Source: a virus (Duplodnaviria > Caudoviricetes). Taken from it: a stretch of DNA of 61,413 nt. Position numbers and translations under genes: made by a program. The stretch lies in the IMG/VR virus record IMGVR_UViG_3300044267_005592, positions 1 to 61,413 of that record; one strand, written 5' to 3'. The notes under the pieces were generated by a model, which was not told where the DNA came from, searched no databases, and was given only the letters and a program-made list of their open reading frames with translations. Positions 52,073 through 61,413 of the stretch are shown here, piece after piece (position 1 is the first letter of the stretch; every line of letters starts with the position of its first letter).

Positions 52073-52472
52073 AACGTTTTACTTTTATATGGATAATTTC
52101 ATCAACTTCTGTATTAATTCTTTTCAAACCATCTTCTGTGGTTGTAAGTATACAGTTTCTGTAATTTTCCCATTCTACTTGAAAAGTAGTATCAAGTACT
52201 CCGTTATTAACTGTTCGTATTAGCTCATTCAGAGCATTAATTGTATAGAGACTATTTGTTAACTTCTTTCTGTGTAAAGATATTGTATTATCTAAAATCA
52301 CAGTAGAAGGTCTCTTCTCTATATTGTATGTACACATAAGTTCACGATTGTCATCCGCATTCTTTAGCACAAAAATTTTGTTGTAAAGTACATCGTAAGT
52401 TTCTATTATAGTGTCAACTGTTTTTGTTAACGTTTTTCTTACTGCGAATGTACAAAGTAGTTGTGTGTTCAT
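52071..52472 (-). CDS. Hypothetical protein
   Basis: ORF track; coupled to the upstream gene. Confidence 0.65.
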   Translation of the reverse strand: MNTQLLCTFAVRKTLTKTVDTIIETYDVLYNKIFVLKNADDNRELMCTYNIEKRPSTVILDNTISLHRKKLTNSLYTINALNELIRTVNNGVLDTTFQVEWENYRNCILTTTEDGLKRINTEVDEIIHIKVKR

Positions 52473-54154
52473 TATGAATATACTCTCTCTGTTGCTTCTT
52501 TTAATCTCTTAGCCATTTCGGGGTGCAATTTCATTTCAAATTTGATAGAGCTTCCACCATAACCTCTTCCGTCTTGGCGTATTACTATATTAGAGACTTT
52601 AACATCTTCTTCGCCTTCTACAGCGTATGCTAAATAAGGTTCTCCCTTTTCACTTCGTTTTACTGTTAAGTTTTCTTTCAAAGATTCAAAATCAGATGTT
52701 CCGAAAACGTCTTTCATTGTATCTTTATCTAAAGACATATCGCCTATAGCCATAGTCTCTTCACCTTCTGATACAGCTTTTAAAGGGAATTCATTTTTTA
52801 TTTCTTTGACTAATTCAGTTTTTACTTTTGGATTAGTATTTATTTCATTTATTGCATCATCTTGCATTTTTCTATGAGCTTTATCATCTTCTTCTAAATA
52901 CTTTTTAGCTTTTTCATTTCCAGCTTTGGCTTCTTCTTTTATAGCTTTTAGTATAGATTTAGAATTACTTCTACTACCTCTTCCTTCACTAGCAGCATCT
53001 ATATTTTTAGCTAACTTAGTTTGCATATCTTTAGAAAGTATATCCTTAGCACCTTTTGCTAATCTTTGCCTTTCATTTTTAGCATAAACTTTTGGGTCTA
53101 TTGAAGAACCTGCTAATTCTGGGTCCCATTTATTAACTAGGTCTCCAGTTCCTGAATTTAGAAAGTTTATATTTTTATCTTTCTTAAGAGAAATTTCATC
53201 TAAGATTTCCTTACCATCAGAAGTTTTAACTTTCATATACATATCTGTAGAAAAGCCTTTATTTTTTTCATAATCAGAAAGGCCCATTGCTTCTACTTCT
53301 GATTTTGCATCCCAAGCAGAACCTATGACTTCAGCATCTTCTCCATATTGTTTTTTTACTCTATCTAATATAGCTTTTCTAGAGTTCTTTGTTGCTTTTA
53401 TCCATGATTTTGTTACTATCCGTGTTCCTTCTTTTTTCAAATCTGGATTATTTTTAACTTGTTCAGCTACATGATTTTCTATAGTTGTTGCAAACTTATC
53501 AAATTCTTTATCGGACATTGAAGAACCCATCATAGTCATTAATTCTCCTGCTTGAGCACTAATTTGACCGGCTCCACCTTGTATATCAGAAAAGTGTCCC
53601 CATTTTTTTGTATCTTCTGTAACTTTAGTATTTACCATTCTCTCTAAAGCTTTTAGATATCTTTTTGGAAATTTTGGATTTTTTATTAAATCGTCTGAAA
53701 ACTTTAATGGCTCAGGTGGTATAGGTATTGCATTAGCTTTATTTTTTTCTTCAAAACTATCATCATCAGGTTCCATATCTCTACTAAACTCTTGGGATTC
53801 AGATGGACTTCCTTTCTTAAGAGTTTTATCTTTTCCAGATATAACTCTTTTTTCTGAATCTGGTTCCTTTTTAGACTTACTTTCAGGGTCTGCTTCTCCA
53901 GCAGTTGTTTCTTTACCACCAATAGTTACTGCAGTTGTTGGTCTCATTTTATGTTTAGATTTATATTTTAAGAAAGAATCTTTATTTTGGAATTCTATTT
54001 CAGAAATATATTTATGAATGAAATCTTCAGAATACTTATGGTCTCGGAGAGTCTGTTCGAGGACTTCTAAGTGGTCACGATTCTTAGGGTCAGGCATACC
54101 ATCATTGACTTGCCATGCCCAATCTTTAACTAACTGATTTATCATAAAACGCAT
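52472..54154 (-). CDS. Large hypothetical protein with possible PD-(D/E)XK nuclease core
   Basis: AGELM...STDMYMKV...DEISLKK. Confidence 0.45.
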   Translation of the reverse strand: MRFMINQLVKDWAWQVNDGMPDPKNRDHLEVLEQTLRDHKYSEDFIHKYISEIEFQNKDSFLKYKSKHKMRPTTAVTIGGKETTAGEADPESKSKKEPDSEKRVISGKDKTLKKGSPSESQEFSRDMEPDDDSFEEKNKANAIPIPPEPLKFSDDLIKNPKFPKRYLKALERMVNTKVTEDTKKWGHFSDIQGGAGQISAQAGELMTMMGSSMSDKEFDKFATTIENHVAEQVKNNPDLKKEGTRIVTKSWIKATKNSRKAILDRVKKQYGEDAEVIGSAWDAKSEVEAMGLSDYEKNKGFSTDMYMKVKTSDGKEILDEISLKKDKNINFLNSGTGDLVNKWDPELAGSSIDPKVYAKNERQRLAKGAKDILSKDMQTKLAKNIDAASEGRGSRSNSKSILKAIKEEAKAGNEKAKKYLEEDDKAHRKMQDDAINEINTNPKVKTELVKEIKNEFPLKAVSEGEETMAIGDMSLDKDTMKDVFGTSDFESLKENLTVKRSEKGEPYLAYAVEGEEDVKVSNIVIRQDGRGYGGSSIKFEMKLHPEMAKRLKEATERVYS

Positions 54155-54170
54155 ACAATTTTCCTATCGT

Positions 54171-54181
54171 ATATAAATATC
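54171..54181 (-). promoter_or_regulatory. GATATTTATAT, putative late promoter
   Basis: Intergenic, just upstream of 52472..54154. Confidence 0.6.
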
Positions 54182-54191
54182 AAGAAATCTA

Positions 54192-55211
54192 CTAAAACGG
54201 TAAAGTTTTTAGGTCATTATAGTTGTTTCCATAAACTATAGTAGTTGGAAATCTTAACACTTTTTCTATAGATTTTATTAGTTTTTTACCATCTTTTGGG
54301 TTAAAATCTATAAGGAAGGAGTCGTAAGTGTACAAAATTAATTTTGAATCATAACCATTTAATTCCTTAAAAAGTAATTTTATCATCTCTACATTAGATT
54401 CTGTTTCGAAAGCTTGTATCTGATAATTAAATAATTTTTGTGGATTAACATTTTCAAAACATTCTTTATATAACTTTCTTTTATATATAGGAGTTTCTAT
54501 ATAACCCTTCTTATTATAAATATCCCAAAGAGAAAAAATATAATCTTTTATACCATCAAAGAATGGTATCTTTTTAAAGTTTTTTGGTATTCCACCATAA
54601 AGTAGTCTGAAAGACATTGCTTTAGACATTTCGTAATCTTGTGGGGTTAATTCTTGCTTTCCAAAATACTCTTTTCCCAACTGTTCGTGGATAGAATTAT
54701 TATCGAATTTGTACTTTGTTAACTCTGCTATAAGTCTAAGATGATATGCATCGAAATCAAATTCTATTAAAAGACCTTTATCAAATCTACTTATAAATCT
54801 TTTCCTAGAACCATCGTCTTTATTCAGTGCAGCGTAATTAATTCCATTGTTTGCATTAGAAGGTCTACCAGTTAGAGTGTAAATGTTATACTTTGTGTAT
54901 TCATAACCATCTTTTGTGTAAAGGCCATTAGATTCTATATTACTAAAAACTTCTGCTAAATTCTTATAGTTTTCATAAACTTTAGAATCTGGGTTGTCAT
55001 AATCATTTAGTTTTTTTCTTAGTAAATTTAGACGTTCTTTGTGTTTTATTTCTGGAATTATAGAATTTATATCAGACCTACTCCAGTACTTATTTTCAAA
55101 AAACTTATGTGCTGAAGTAGTTATTTCTTCAGTATTCAAAGACTTTCCTAAATTTAAGTATGAAATTAATTTTAATTCTTTTTCTATATTTTCAATCTGT
55201 TCTACAACCAT
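54192..55211 (-). CDS. Minimal family A DNA polymerase domain (no exonuclease)
   Basis: TLTGRPS; motif A EFDFDAYHLR; motif B SKAMSFRLLYG; NYQIQ; motif C YTYDSF. Confidence 0.8.
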   Translation of the reverse strand: MVVEQIENIEKELKLISYLNLGKSLNTEEITTSAHKFFENKYWSRSDINSIIPEIKHKERLNLLRKKLNDYDNPDSKVYENYKNLAEVFSNIESNGLYTKDGYEYTKYNIYTLTGRPSNANNGINYAALNKDDGSRKRFISRFDKGLLIEFDFDAYHLRLIAELTKYKFDNNSIHEQLGKEYFGKQELTPQDYEMSKAMSFRLLYGGIPKNFKKIPFFDGIKDYIFSLWDIYNKKGYIETPIYKRKLYKECFENVNPQKLFNYQIQAFETESNVEMIKLLFKELNGYDSKLILYTYDSFLIDFNPKDGKKLIKSIEKVLRFPTTIVYGNNYNDLKTLPF

Positions 55212-55215
55212 GTTC

Positions 55216-55233
55216 TTAATATAAGAAAAAAAA
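55216..55233 (-). promoter_or_regulatory. Putative early/middle promoter (TTTTTCTTATATTAAG)
   Basis: Repeated motif a few bp upstream of the PolA-like ATG. Confidence 0.5.
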
Positions 55234-55251
55234 TCGAATAAAAAAAATTTA

Positions 55252-55851
55252 TTAGGTGATAATTGCGAATCTAGTATAATTTGTTACATAATCTCTTATG
55301 CCTCTAAATTCTAATTCGGCTTTGTTTACAGTTCTCTGATTTGTATCATAAACACCAAAGAGTTGTAAAACTCCATTGTTATCGTAAACATCTTTTTCAG
55401 GCCCCATTATTTTCCACTCTAGTTCATAACCAGCATAAAAAGCTTGAACTTTTATTTTACCGTGTTGTTTTTTGTTAACTTCTGTAATTTCATGAGTATT
55501 AACTTTTTTAACAAAGTATCTAGTAAAGAAAGATTTATCGTAATCTTTTTGGGTTAATTCAGGTACATAGGTTGAAGGGGATTTCCAATTTCTTTTTGAC
55601 TTAAATTTAGAATTTAAAGATTCATATTGGAAAGCTGGTACATTTAATTCATGATGTGCAGGTATTTCTGTATTTACTGCATAAGGATAAAGTCTTTTTG
55701 CTGTTTTATCTTTAGGACCTTTTCCAGATGCAAAAATTTCATCTGCTACCCAATAAAGACCAATATAATCTGTACCATCAGCAAAAGCAAATTCTCCACC
55801 TTTAGTGAAAAACCCTGTTTGATTAATTTTTCTTTTAGTGTACTTCCTCAT
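55252..55851 (-). CDS. Hypothetical protein (end of baseplate operon)
   Basis: ORF track; position. Confidence 0.6.
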   Translation of the reverse strand: MRKYTKRKINQTGFFTKGGEFAFADGTDYIGLYWVADEIFASGKGPKDKTAKRLYPYAVNTEIPAHHELNVPAFQYESLNSKFKSKRNWKSPSTYVPELTQKDYDKSFFTRYFVKKVNTHEITEVNKKQHGKIKVQAFYAGYELEWKIMGPEKDVYDNNGVLQLFGVYDTNQRTVNKAELEFRGIRDYVTNYTRFAIIT

Positions 55852-55853
55852 AA

Positions 55854-58307
55854 TTATTCGTCATGTATTTCTGTTGAAGTTCCGCTACCACCAGCATACC
55901 TATCACCAAAGCTACCACCTACATCGTCTGGAAGTATTTTTATATTATCTCCATCTTCCAAATAAGAACCTCCTGCTGGTGAAGCTTGGGATTCTTCGGC
56001 TCTTTGTGAACTATCATTATCGCCAACTCTATAAGAACTTTCTAAAGAATCTGCTTCTGTCTGTGGACCAAATTGGGTAGCTGGATGAGAATTACTTTCT
56101 AAGTCTGATGGATGTCCACTAGTCCACTCTTCACCATTTGTTATTACTCTAATTACTGTATCTATACTAGTTGTCCAATTACCTGGTTGTATATCATGTT
56201 TAACTTTTGTAACCATAAAATAAACTTTCCCTTCATATCTAGCAGGAACATAATTAGGTCTTATAGTATTTCCCCATTCTATACCCGAAAAGCCATCCAT
56301 TTCAAAAGAGAAATTTATTGGTAGAACTGGTGGACTTGCGTCTGTTGATTTGTTTGGAAAATCTGGTAAAGATTTCATTGCATTAATTGCTGCATTAACA
56401 GTTTCACTATCAAGTCCATCTAAGAGGTCTCCAACTGCTTGATTAAATGCTTCTAAATGGTCTTCTTCATCAGCTTCACTATCATCTTCTTTACAAATTC
56501 TATCTTTATCATTCTTTAGGTTATTATTATCTGGGGTTAAATCATATAAATCAGGTCCTCCAAATAAATCGTACTCATCAAAAGTTTCTGCTTTTTCATC
56601 TGGGTCTTCGTCATTCCTATTAGACCCATACATTATCTGAGCTTTTAATTCTTTAGAAACTTCTGTATCTACAGTCACACTCCTAGCAATAGAATTTTTA
56701 CCAAATACAGGTATTTCTATAGGATTTTCACTATCAGATGCTGTTGTATCTACATCAACTACCATTACCATTTGGTCATTTTGTGGGTGAGTTGTAACTA
56801 AAAAATTCCAAAAGCCTCCACAAGCATTATTTACTCCATCACAAACAGCATTTAAAAAATCTTCTAGTGTTGAAGCATCTCTTTCAACAGTTCTTAACCA
56901 GAAAACATTTAGTAGGATATTACTTATAAACCCTTTTTTTTCTGTTTCTGCTATAGCTTGCATTGTACCGTCAGCAGCTCTGTATTTAATTCCGCTAGGA
57001 CATCTAAATGGAGCTTCTTTAGTCATTTTGTTATAAGATTCTAAATCGTCAACATCTTCAACATCACCCGTATACTCTGGATGCTCCCAAGCTGCTTGGC
57101 CTGGAAGTATACAAGTAAATGGGTCCATAGAAGATAAAAGTTTATGATTTCTTATTAGACTATTTCTACTATCACACTTTCCTACATTTGCTGTATCTCT
57201 TTTAACTAACCACTGGTGCTCTCCGTACATAGGTTCGGATGGTTCACCTTGTTCTCCGTCTTTTGTAGAAGCACCTTCTGCTGTAGGTATACAAAGCTTA
57301 TTCAGAGCTTCCTCCATAGCATCCCAAGTTATATATGGCATATTAGTCATAATACTATTAGAAAAAATACCTTTAGCCCAATCTCCAAGTCCCGACCTGT
57401 TCTCTTTCATAGCTTCTGTCTGTTCAGCATCGAATCTCATAGTCACACCTGCGGGTTTTCCTAAGTCTTTACCTTTATTCCAGAAGGTTTTTCCTGAAGT
57501 ATTATATGTAGTTGACCCATCACGGAAATCTATATACTCCCCAGCTTCTTGGTCCCCATCAGAAAAGTTCTTAAAAAATATTTGCATATCAGAATCTTCA
57601 CAAGGTCCACCTTCTTCGTTCTCACACTCGCAAGGACCAGCTCCTTTTGGTTCTTTTATGTCTGTTCCTAGAATAACTTCAGCCATAGACATTATAGTGG
57701 TATCACAATCAAAGCCTCCATCGTCATTCATAGACCAATTGAAATTAGAAATTAAACCTTTTACAGCATCATAACAACCTGACATTTCTGCTTGTCTATC
57801 TAAAATTATCTTTTGGAATGGACCTTGGCCTAGTGCACACTCATCTTCTGATAGTAAAGGCAGTACCGAATCTCCATTAGGAGTAACGCTCCAACCCCAC
57901 TCTACTACGCAAGTTTTACCTAAAGACATATAAAGCATTTCCATTTCTGAAAGTTGTGTTAAGTTCCAACAAACAAAACTTACTTTAGTTTCTCTAAGCC
58001 CACCTTGGCTTCCTTTAAAATCTACAGATACTTTAGTAATACCAGGCATTGGAACATTTCTATTAGAATCATAAGAGTAGCCAATTTTAGTTCCCGTTGA
58101 TAAAATTTTTCTAGCTGTTCCACCCATTATAGAATGACCATATTGAAATTGCCTTGGAGTTTCTTTAAACCTAACATTAGAAGTCATTCTAACCCAATTC
58201 TGCCTTGTATTCCAAGCATGGGTTCCAGTCATACCGCTCATTGTGTCTGACCTAGCTTGTATAGCGTCTTTAGTCCACTGTGGTGGGTCCGTTAAAAAAA
58301 ATGACAT
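55854..58307 (-). CDS. Putative baseplate hub protein
   Basis: Follows the LysM-type gene; beta-rich PGITKVSVDF...VVEWGW N-terminus and FMVTKVKHDI...WTTSI C-terminus. Confidence 0.45.
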   Translation of the reverse strand: MSFFLTDPPQWTKDAIQARSDTMSGMTGTHAWNTRQNWVRMTSNVRFKETPRQFQYGHSIMGGTARKILSTGTKIGYSYDSNRNVPMPGITKVSVDFKGSQGGLRETKVSFVCWNLTQLSEMEMLYMSLGKTCVVEWGWSVTPNGDSVLPLLSEDECALGQGPFQKIILDRQAEMSGCYDAVKGLISNFNWSMNDDGGFDCDTTIMSMAEVILGTDIKEPKGAGPCECENEEGGPCEDSDMQIFFKNFSDGDQEAGEYIDFRDGSTTYNTSGKTFWNKGKDLGKPAGVTMRFDAEQTEAMKENRSGLGDWAKGIFSNSIMTNMPYITWDAMEEALNKLCIPTAEGASTKDGEQGEPSEPMYGEHQWLVKRDTANVGKCDSRNSLIRNHKLLSSMDPFTCILPGQAAWEHPEYTGDVEDVDDLESYNKMTKEAPFRCPSGIKYRAADGTMQAIAETEKKGFISNILLNVFWLRTVERDASTLEDFLNAVCDGVNNACGGFWNFLVTTHPQNDQMVMVVDVDTTASDSENPIEIPVFGKNSIARSVTVDTEVSKELKAQIMYGSNRNDEDPDEKAETFDEYDLFGGPDLYDLTPDNNNLKNDKDRICKEDDSEADEEDHLEAFNQAVGDLLDGLDSETVNAAINAMKSLPDFPNKSTDASPPVLPINFSFEMDGFSGIEWGNTIRPNYVPARYEGKVYFMVTKVKHDIQPGNWTTSIDTVIRVITNGEEWTSGHPSDLESNSHPATQFGPQTEADSLESSYRVGDNDSSQRAEESQASPAGGSYLEDGDNIKILPDDVGGSFGDRYAGGSGTSTEIHDE

Positions 58308-58309
58308 AA

Positions 58310-58624
58310 CTATCTCTCCCTTTGGATTTTTTTGTAATCTGACATAACCTTATCCATTCTCTGTGGTATTCTTATTTGTAATCCTGCAGCTAGAGTTAAT
58401 CCTCCTTTACCTACATTATTTGCTGCTGCGATAACCCACCAAAGAGTTGTATCGCCATAGTACTGCCAAGCAAGAGAATCTAACCTATCCCCTTGAACTG
58501 TTATTACGTATATATCCGATTCGTGTCTATCAATTTTAGGATAAAAAGTACTTCTGTAGTACTCCGGAGAAGGTCCATCAAGATTTCTTTTTCTATTTAT
58601 TTTATTTCCAGCATACCTTTTCAT
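58310..58624 (-). CDS. LysM-like baseplate wedge protein (gp53/tail X type)
   Basis: QGDRLDSLAWQYYGDTTLWWVIAAAN...GLQIRIP. Confidence 0.75.
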   Translation of the reverse strand: MKRYAGNKINRKRNLDGPSPEYYRSTFYPKIDRHESDIYVITVQGDRLDSLAWQYYGDTTLWWVIAAANNVGKGGLTLAAGLQIRIPQRMDKVMSDYKKIQRER

Positions 58625-58628
58625 ATTG

Positions 58629-60602
58629 TTATCCTGATATTATATTATTTCCAAAGTACCATGCATTAGAAGAGTCTTGTGGAACTGATACGAATTTTAT
58701 ATTTACATCTAATTGGAAGTGTTTGCACAATTCTTTTCCTGTTGTTTGTCTTCCCTCACCAAAAGCAATATCCCAATCGTGAGTAATAACTGTATTATTT
58801 ATACTTTCTACTATACAAGGTTTATTAGTCCAATAATCTCCTAAAGTTATGTAATTTATTGGTGCAGTAGGTATTCCATCATCATTATAAGTTGCTCTAC
58901 AGTTAGCTAGGAGGTTATTTACTTTACGATAATTTTTAATAGTTTCGTTAGCTGTAAATGAAGGTACCATTATTTTAAATGTAGAAGACCTGGAATACTT
59001 GTCATAAGTATATAAAGCAGTATCTCTACCAACATAAGTGTGTTCTTTCCAAGTGAAAGAATTATTATCTGTAATATCGCCATCGAATATAGCCCTAAAT
59101 TGTATACCACCCAAAATGAATTTTATAGCATCACTAAATGAATTCGCATTAACATAAGCATCATCTTCGGGAGAAGATTTATCCCATCGACCATAATCTC
59201 CAAGTCCCCATCGAGCTTGTACATTATTAGCAGCATAATCAGTAGTTACATTACCTTTAGCTGCATCAGTTTCTTTTATGAAGTTATTTGTTGTTGATTG
59301 TTCTGTAGGTATATCTCCATATTCGAATGCTTTGTAAGCAGAAATACCTAATGCAGTAACTCCTCTACCACCACCAGTAGAAGGTTTGAAAGATTCTAAA
59401 GCATCAGAACTTGCTAGCTCATCTAGTTGTTCAGTACTATCAGCTGGATGCATTATTACCATATCATCAGTTGTTGTAGCATCAAGAGGTCCTAAGTGGA
59501 AACCTTCATTTTCATCACTATCTCTAACTGAAGTATTAAAAGTAAATCTAGCTGCATCTTTTTTGTACGGTTTTTCTAAAGTCCAAAAAGAATAGTCTTC
59601 TTGTAAAGGATTTCCGCTACTGTGTCTGTATTGGGTAGTTGACCCTATTCCTAAAACAGAATGAGGTCCCCCTAGACCACTTAAAGTATCCCATGCAGTT
59701 CTTCCTCCTGCTAATTTTGCAGATAGTTTTTTTGCAAAAGCTTTAAGTTTAGCTAAACCAGTTCCCTTTTTTTCTCCTTCTGGCATACCATCTATAGCGT
59801 TTTGACCACCTCCTTGGAATCTACTATATCCAGCTTCTTGTCCAAGTTTTATTAATCTATTAAAACTATTTTCGAATGAAGTACCTTGGTCTTCATTTAG
59901 TTTTCTTATTCTGTGTTCATAAGTAGATTCTCTTTCATTGAAAGGTCCTTTACCATGTCTATCTAAATGAACTCCTAAAAGATTTCCAGCTGGTGCACCT
60001 AACATAGCTAGGGGATTAAATATCCTATCATTATGTAGCGGATTAGAAACTGTACCTGAAGGGTCATAAAATTCTCCTTTAGGGTTTGTTAACTGATATC
60101 CAAATTGTTTAATTAAAAACATAAGTCCTTTTGGACTACCTAAAAACATAGCGTCTCTAGCAATAGCAAATAAAGGTGCAGTTAAAACTCCTTCTTTAAG
60201 CGCAGGTTTAGGTTTACCAGTTGATGGTCCACGGTTTAAGAATGGTTGTTGAAGCCATAATGGAGCTTCTTGGTTGTTAGCTTTTGCTTCTTGGGTATTA
60301 CTTTTAAATTCTCTCTTACCAATATGACTTATATAGTATTCTGAAAGTTTTCCATGGTCATCAAAGTTTCCACCAGTTCTCATTTGGGTTCCTGTTATAT
60401 CCGAAGTAGCTTTATAATTTCTAGCACCACCTCCAGCAAGAGAATTTTTTGATATATCTATTGTTGTAAAAGCTTTTTTATCTTCATAAGCATTTGTTAT
60501 GGTATTAGTTATCCCTGCATCAGAAGTTTGACCTACTTTTGGTTTACCGGACCACCCTTCGTAATACTCTGCTAAATTCGTTATTGGGGATATTATTGCC
60601 AT
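58629..60602 (-). CDS. Putative tail-tube initiator / baseplate protein
   Basis: C-terminal IQFRA...DNNSFTW...YVGR...SRSSTF...ITLGDY tube-fold pattern; lies between the tape measure and LysM genes. Confidence 0.5.
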   Translation of the reverse strand: MAIISPITNLAEYYEGWSGKPKVGQTSDAGITNTITNAYEDKKAFTTIDISKNSLAGGGARNYKATSDITGTQMRTGGNFDDHGKLSEYYISHIGKREFKSNTQEAKANNQEAPLWLQQPFLNRGPSTGKPKPALKEGVLTAPLFAIARDAMFLGSPKGLMFLIKQFGYQLTNPKGEFYDPSGTVSNPLHNDRIFNPLAMLGAPAGNLLGVHLDRHGKGPFNERESTYEHRIRKLNEDQGTSFENSFNRLIKLGQEAGYSRFQGGGQNAIDGMPEGEKKGTGLAKLKAFAKKLSAKLAGGRTAWDTLSGLGGPHSVLGIGSTTQYRHSSGNPLQEDYSFWTLEKPYKKDAARFTFNTSVRDSDENEGFHLGPLDATTTDDMVIMHPADSTEQLDELASSDALESFKPSTGGGRGVTALGISAYKAFEYGDIPTEQSTTNNFIKETDAAKGNVTTDYAANNVQARWGLGDYGRWDKSSPEDDAYVNANSFSDAIKFILGGIQFRAIFDGDITDNNSFTWKEHTYVGRDTALYTYDKYSRSSTFKIMVPSFTANETIKNYRKVNNLLANCRATYNDDGIPTAPINYITLGDYWTNKPCIVESINNTVITHDWDIAFGEGRQTTGKELCKHFQLDVNIKFVSVPQDSSNAWYFGNNIISG

Positions 60603-60604
60603 AC

Positions 60605-61413
60605 TTATGTTCTCCTTGGTGTTGCAGCAAGACCTATTACGTCTCCTACTTTCTTACCATCCATATTAATTATTCCTCCTGCTTGAACTGCAGATATTAA
60701 TTCATCTAGTTTATCTATAACTGCTTGATTACCTGGTTCATTTACAGGTTCTTCCTCTTCTTCGGTTTCTGCTTCTTCTGCTGCTTTACCACCACCTAAA
60801 CCTGAAATTGCTTTAAGAGCCGGTACCGCTATAGCTAAAAGACCTAGAATTGGTAAAGCTGGAAGCATAAATAGTAATCCCGTAGCTAATTCTTTAAGAC
60901 TCTTAGCTAAAGAACTAAATGCCATTGATAGCATTATAATCATAGGAGCTTGAGTTGCTAATCTTGGTATACTTTCACCTAACTGTCTTACTGTATTGGT
61001 ACCACCAGCTGTATTGAATATTCCAATTCCTACTCCTGCAACTCCTATTGCAGTACCTAATTTTTTTATCCCATCACCAACAACATTCATCTGGTCAGAT
61101 ACTTCTGCTAGAACTGGTATAGCGATTGCTAACTCATTCAGTGCAGGTCCTAATAAGGATATGTTCTGAGCAGAATCTCCTATTTTTGTAAATACTTCTG
61201 CCATTCTATTTAGAGCTTTAAATCCTCCGAATAGTGTAAAGAAAAATAAAGAACCTGCAAAGGCTAATAATCCTACGGCAAGAGGTACTAATGACGCACC
61301 AAGTAATGCTAAAGCTGGTCCTACTAACATTAAGGATGCTCCTATTGCACCCAAAGCTACTAAGTGAGGAACTAGTATTGGTAAAATTAAACTTAATAAC
61401 ATCATAGAAGGTA
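60605..61413 (-). CDS. Tape measure protein, C-terminal part (5' end outside the window)
   Basis: The frame is open to the window edge; Ala/Leu/Gly-rich helices; terminal INMDGKKVG motif; upstream of baseplate genes. Confidence 0.65.
   Translation of the reverse strand, partial: PSMMLLSLILPILVPHLVALGAIGASLMLVGPALALLGASLVPLAVGLLAFAGSLFFFTLFGGFKALNRMAEVFTKIGDSAQNISLLGPALNELAIAIPVLAEVSDQMNVVGDGIKKLGTAIGVAGVGIGIFNTAGGTNTVRQLGESIPRLATQAPMIIMLSMAFSSLAKSLKELATGLLFMLPALPILGLLAIAVPALKAISGLGGGKAAEEAETEEEEEPVNEPGNQAVIDKLDELISAVQAGGIINMDGKKVGDVIGLAATPRRT

Noticed and set aside
53704-53922. Nested minus-strand ORF
   Set aside because: An alternative frame within the 560-aa gene; no independent support.
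2013-59595. All plus-strand ORFs in the track
   Set aside because: Each lies antisense to a well-supported minus-strand gene, is short, and has no recognisable motif; they are shadow frames.

Overview
The window is a 61 kb slice of a large, AT-rich, T4-like (contractile-tail) dsDNA phage genome. Essentially every credible gene is on the minus strand, tightly packed, and read with the standard genetic code. In transcription order (right to left) it contains: (1) the tape-measure C-terminus and baseplate genes; (2) a minimal family-A polymerase; (3) UvsE, a gp32-like SSB, RecA/UvsX, a 5'-3' exonuclease, a DnaB-like helicase and a class II RNR; (4) a five-gene pyrimidine operon (NMP kinase, asparagine-synthetase-like amidotransferase, dCMP-type thymidylate-synthase homolog, dUTPase, dCMP deaminase); (5) PolB, GroES/GroEL, a Cas4-like nuclease and cysteine synthase; (6) a ~20 kb glycosylation island with 8 glycosyltransferases and many NDP-sugar enzymes; (7) a candidate lysis pair; (8) an envelope module (T9SS-secreted repeat protein, outer-membrane beta-barrel, redox-dead thioredoxin); and (9) several enzymes sharing an N-terminal M(I)KLKxxLxE leader that resembles a capsid-targeting, protease-cleaved signal. 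Several markers point to a Bacteroidota (probably flavobacterial) host. The strongest candidates for new biology are the pyrimidine-modification operon, the phage-encoded T9SS cargo/barrel module, and the head-packaged enzyme set, which includes an Ntn hydrolase whose catalytic Cys directly follows a predicted prohead-protease site. All assignments come from reading motifs by eye; no database searches were run.
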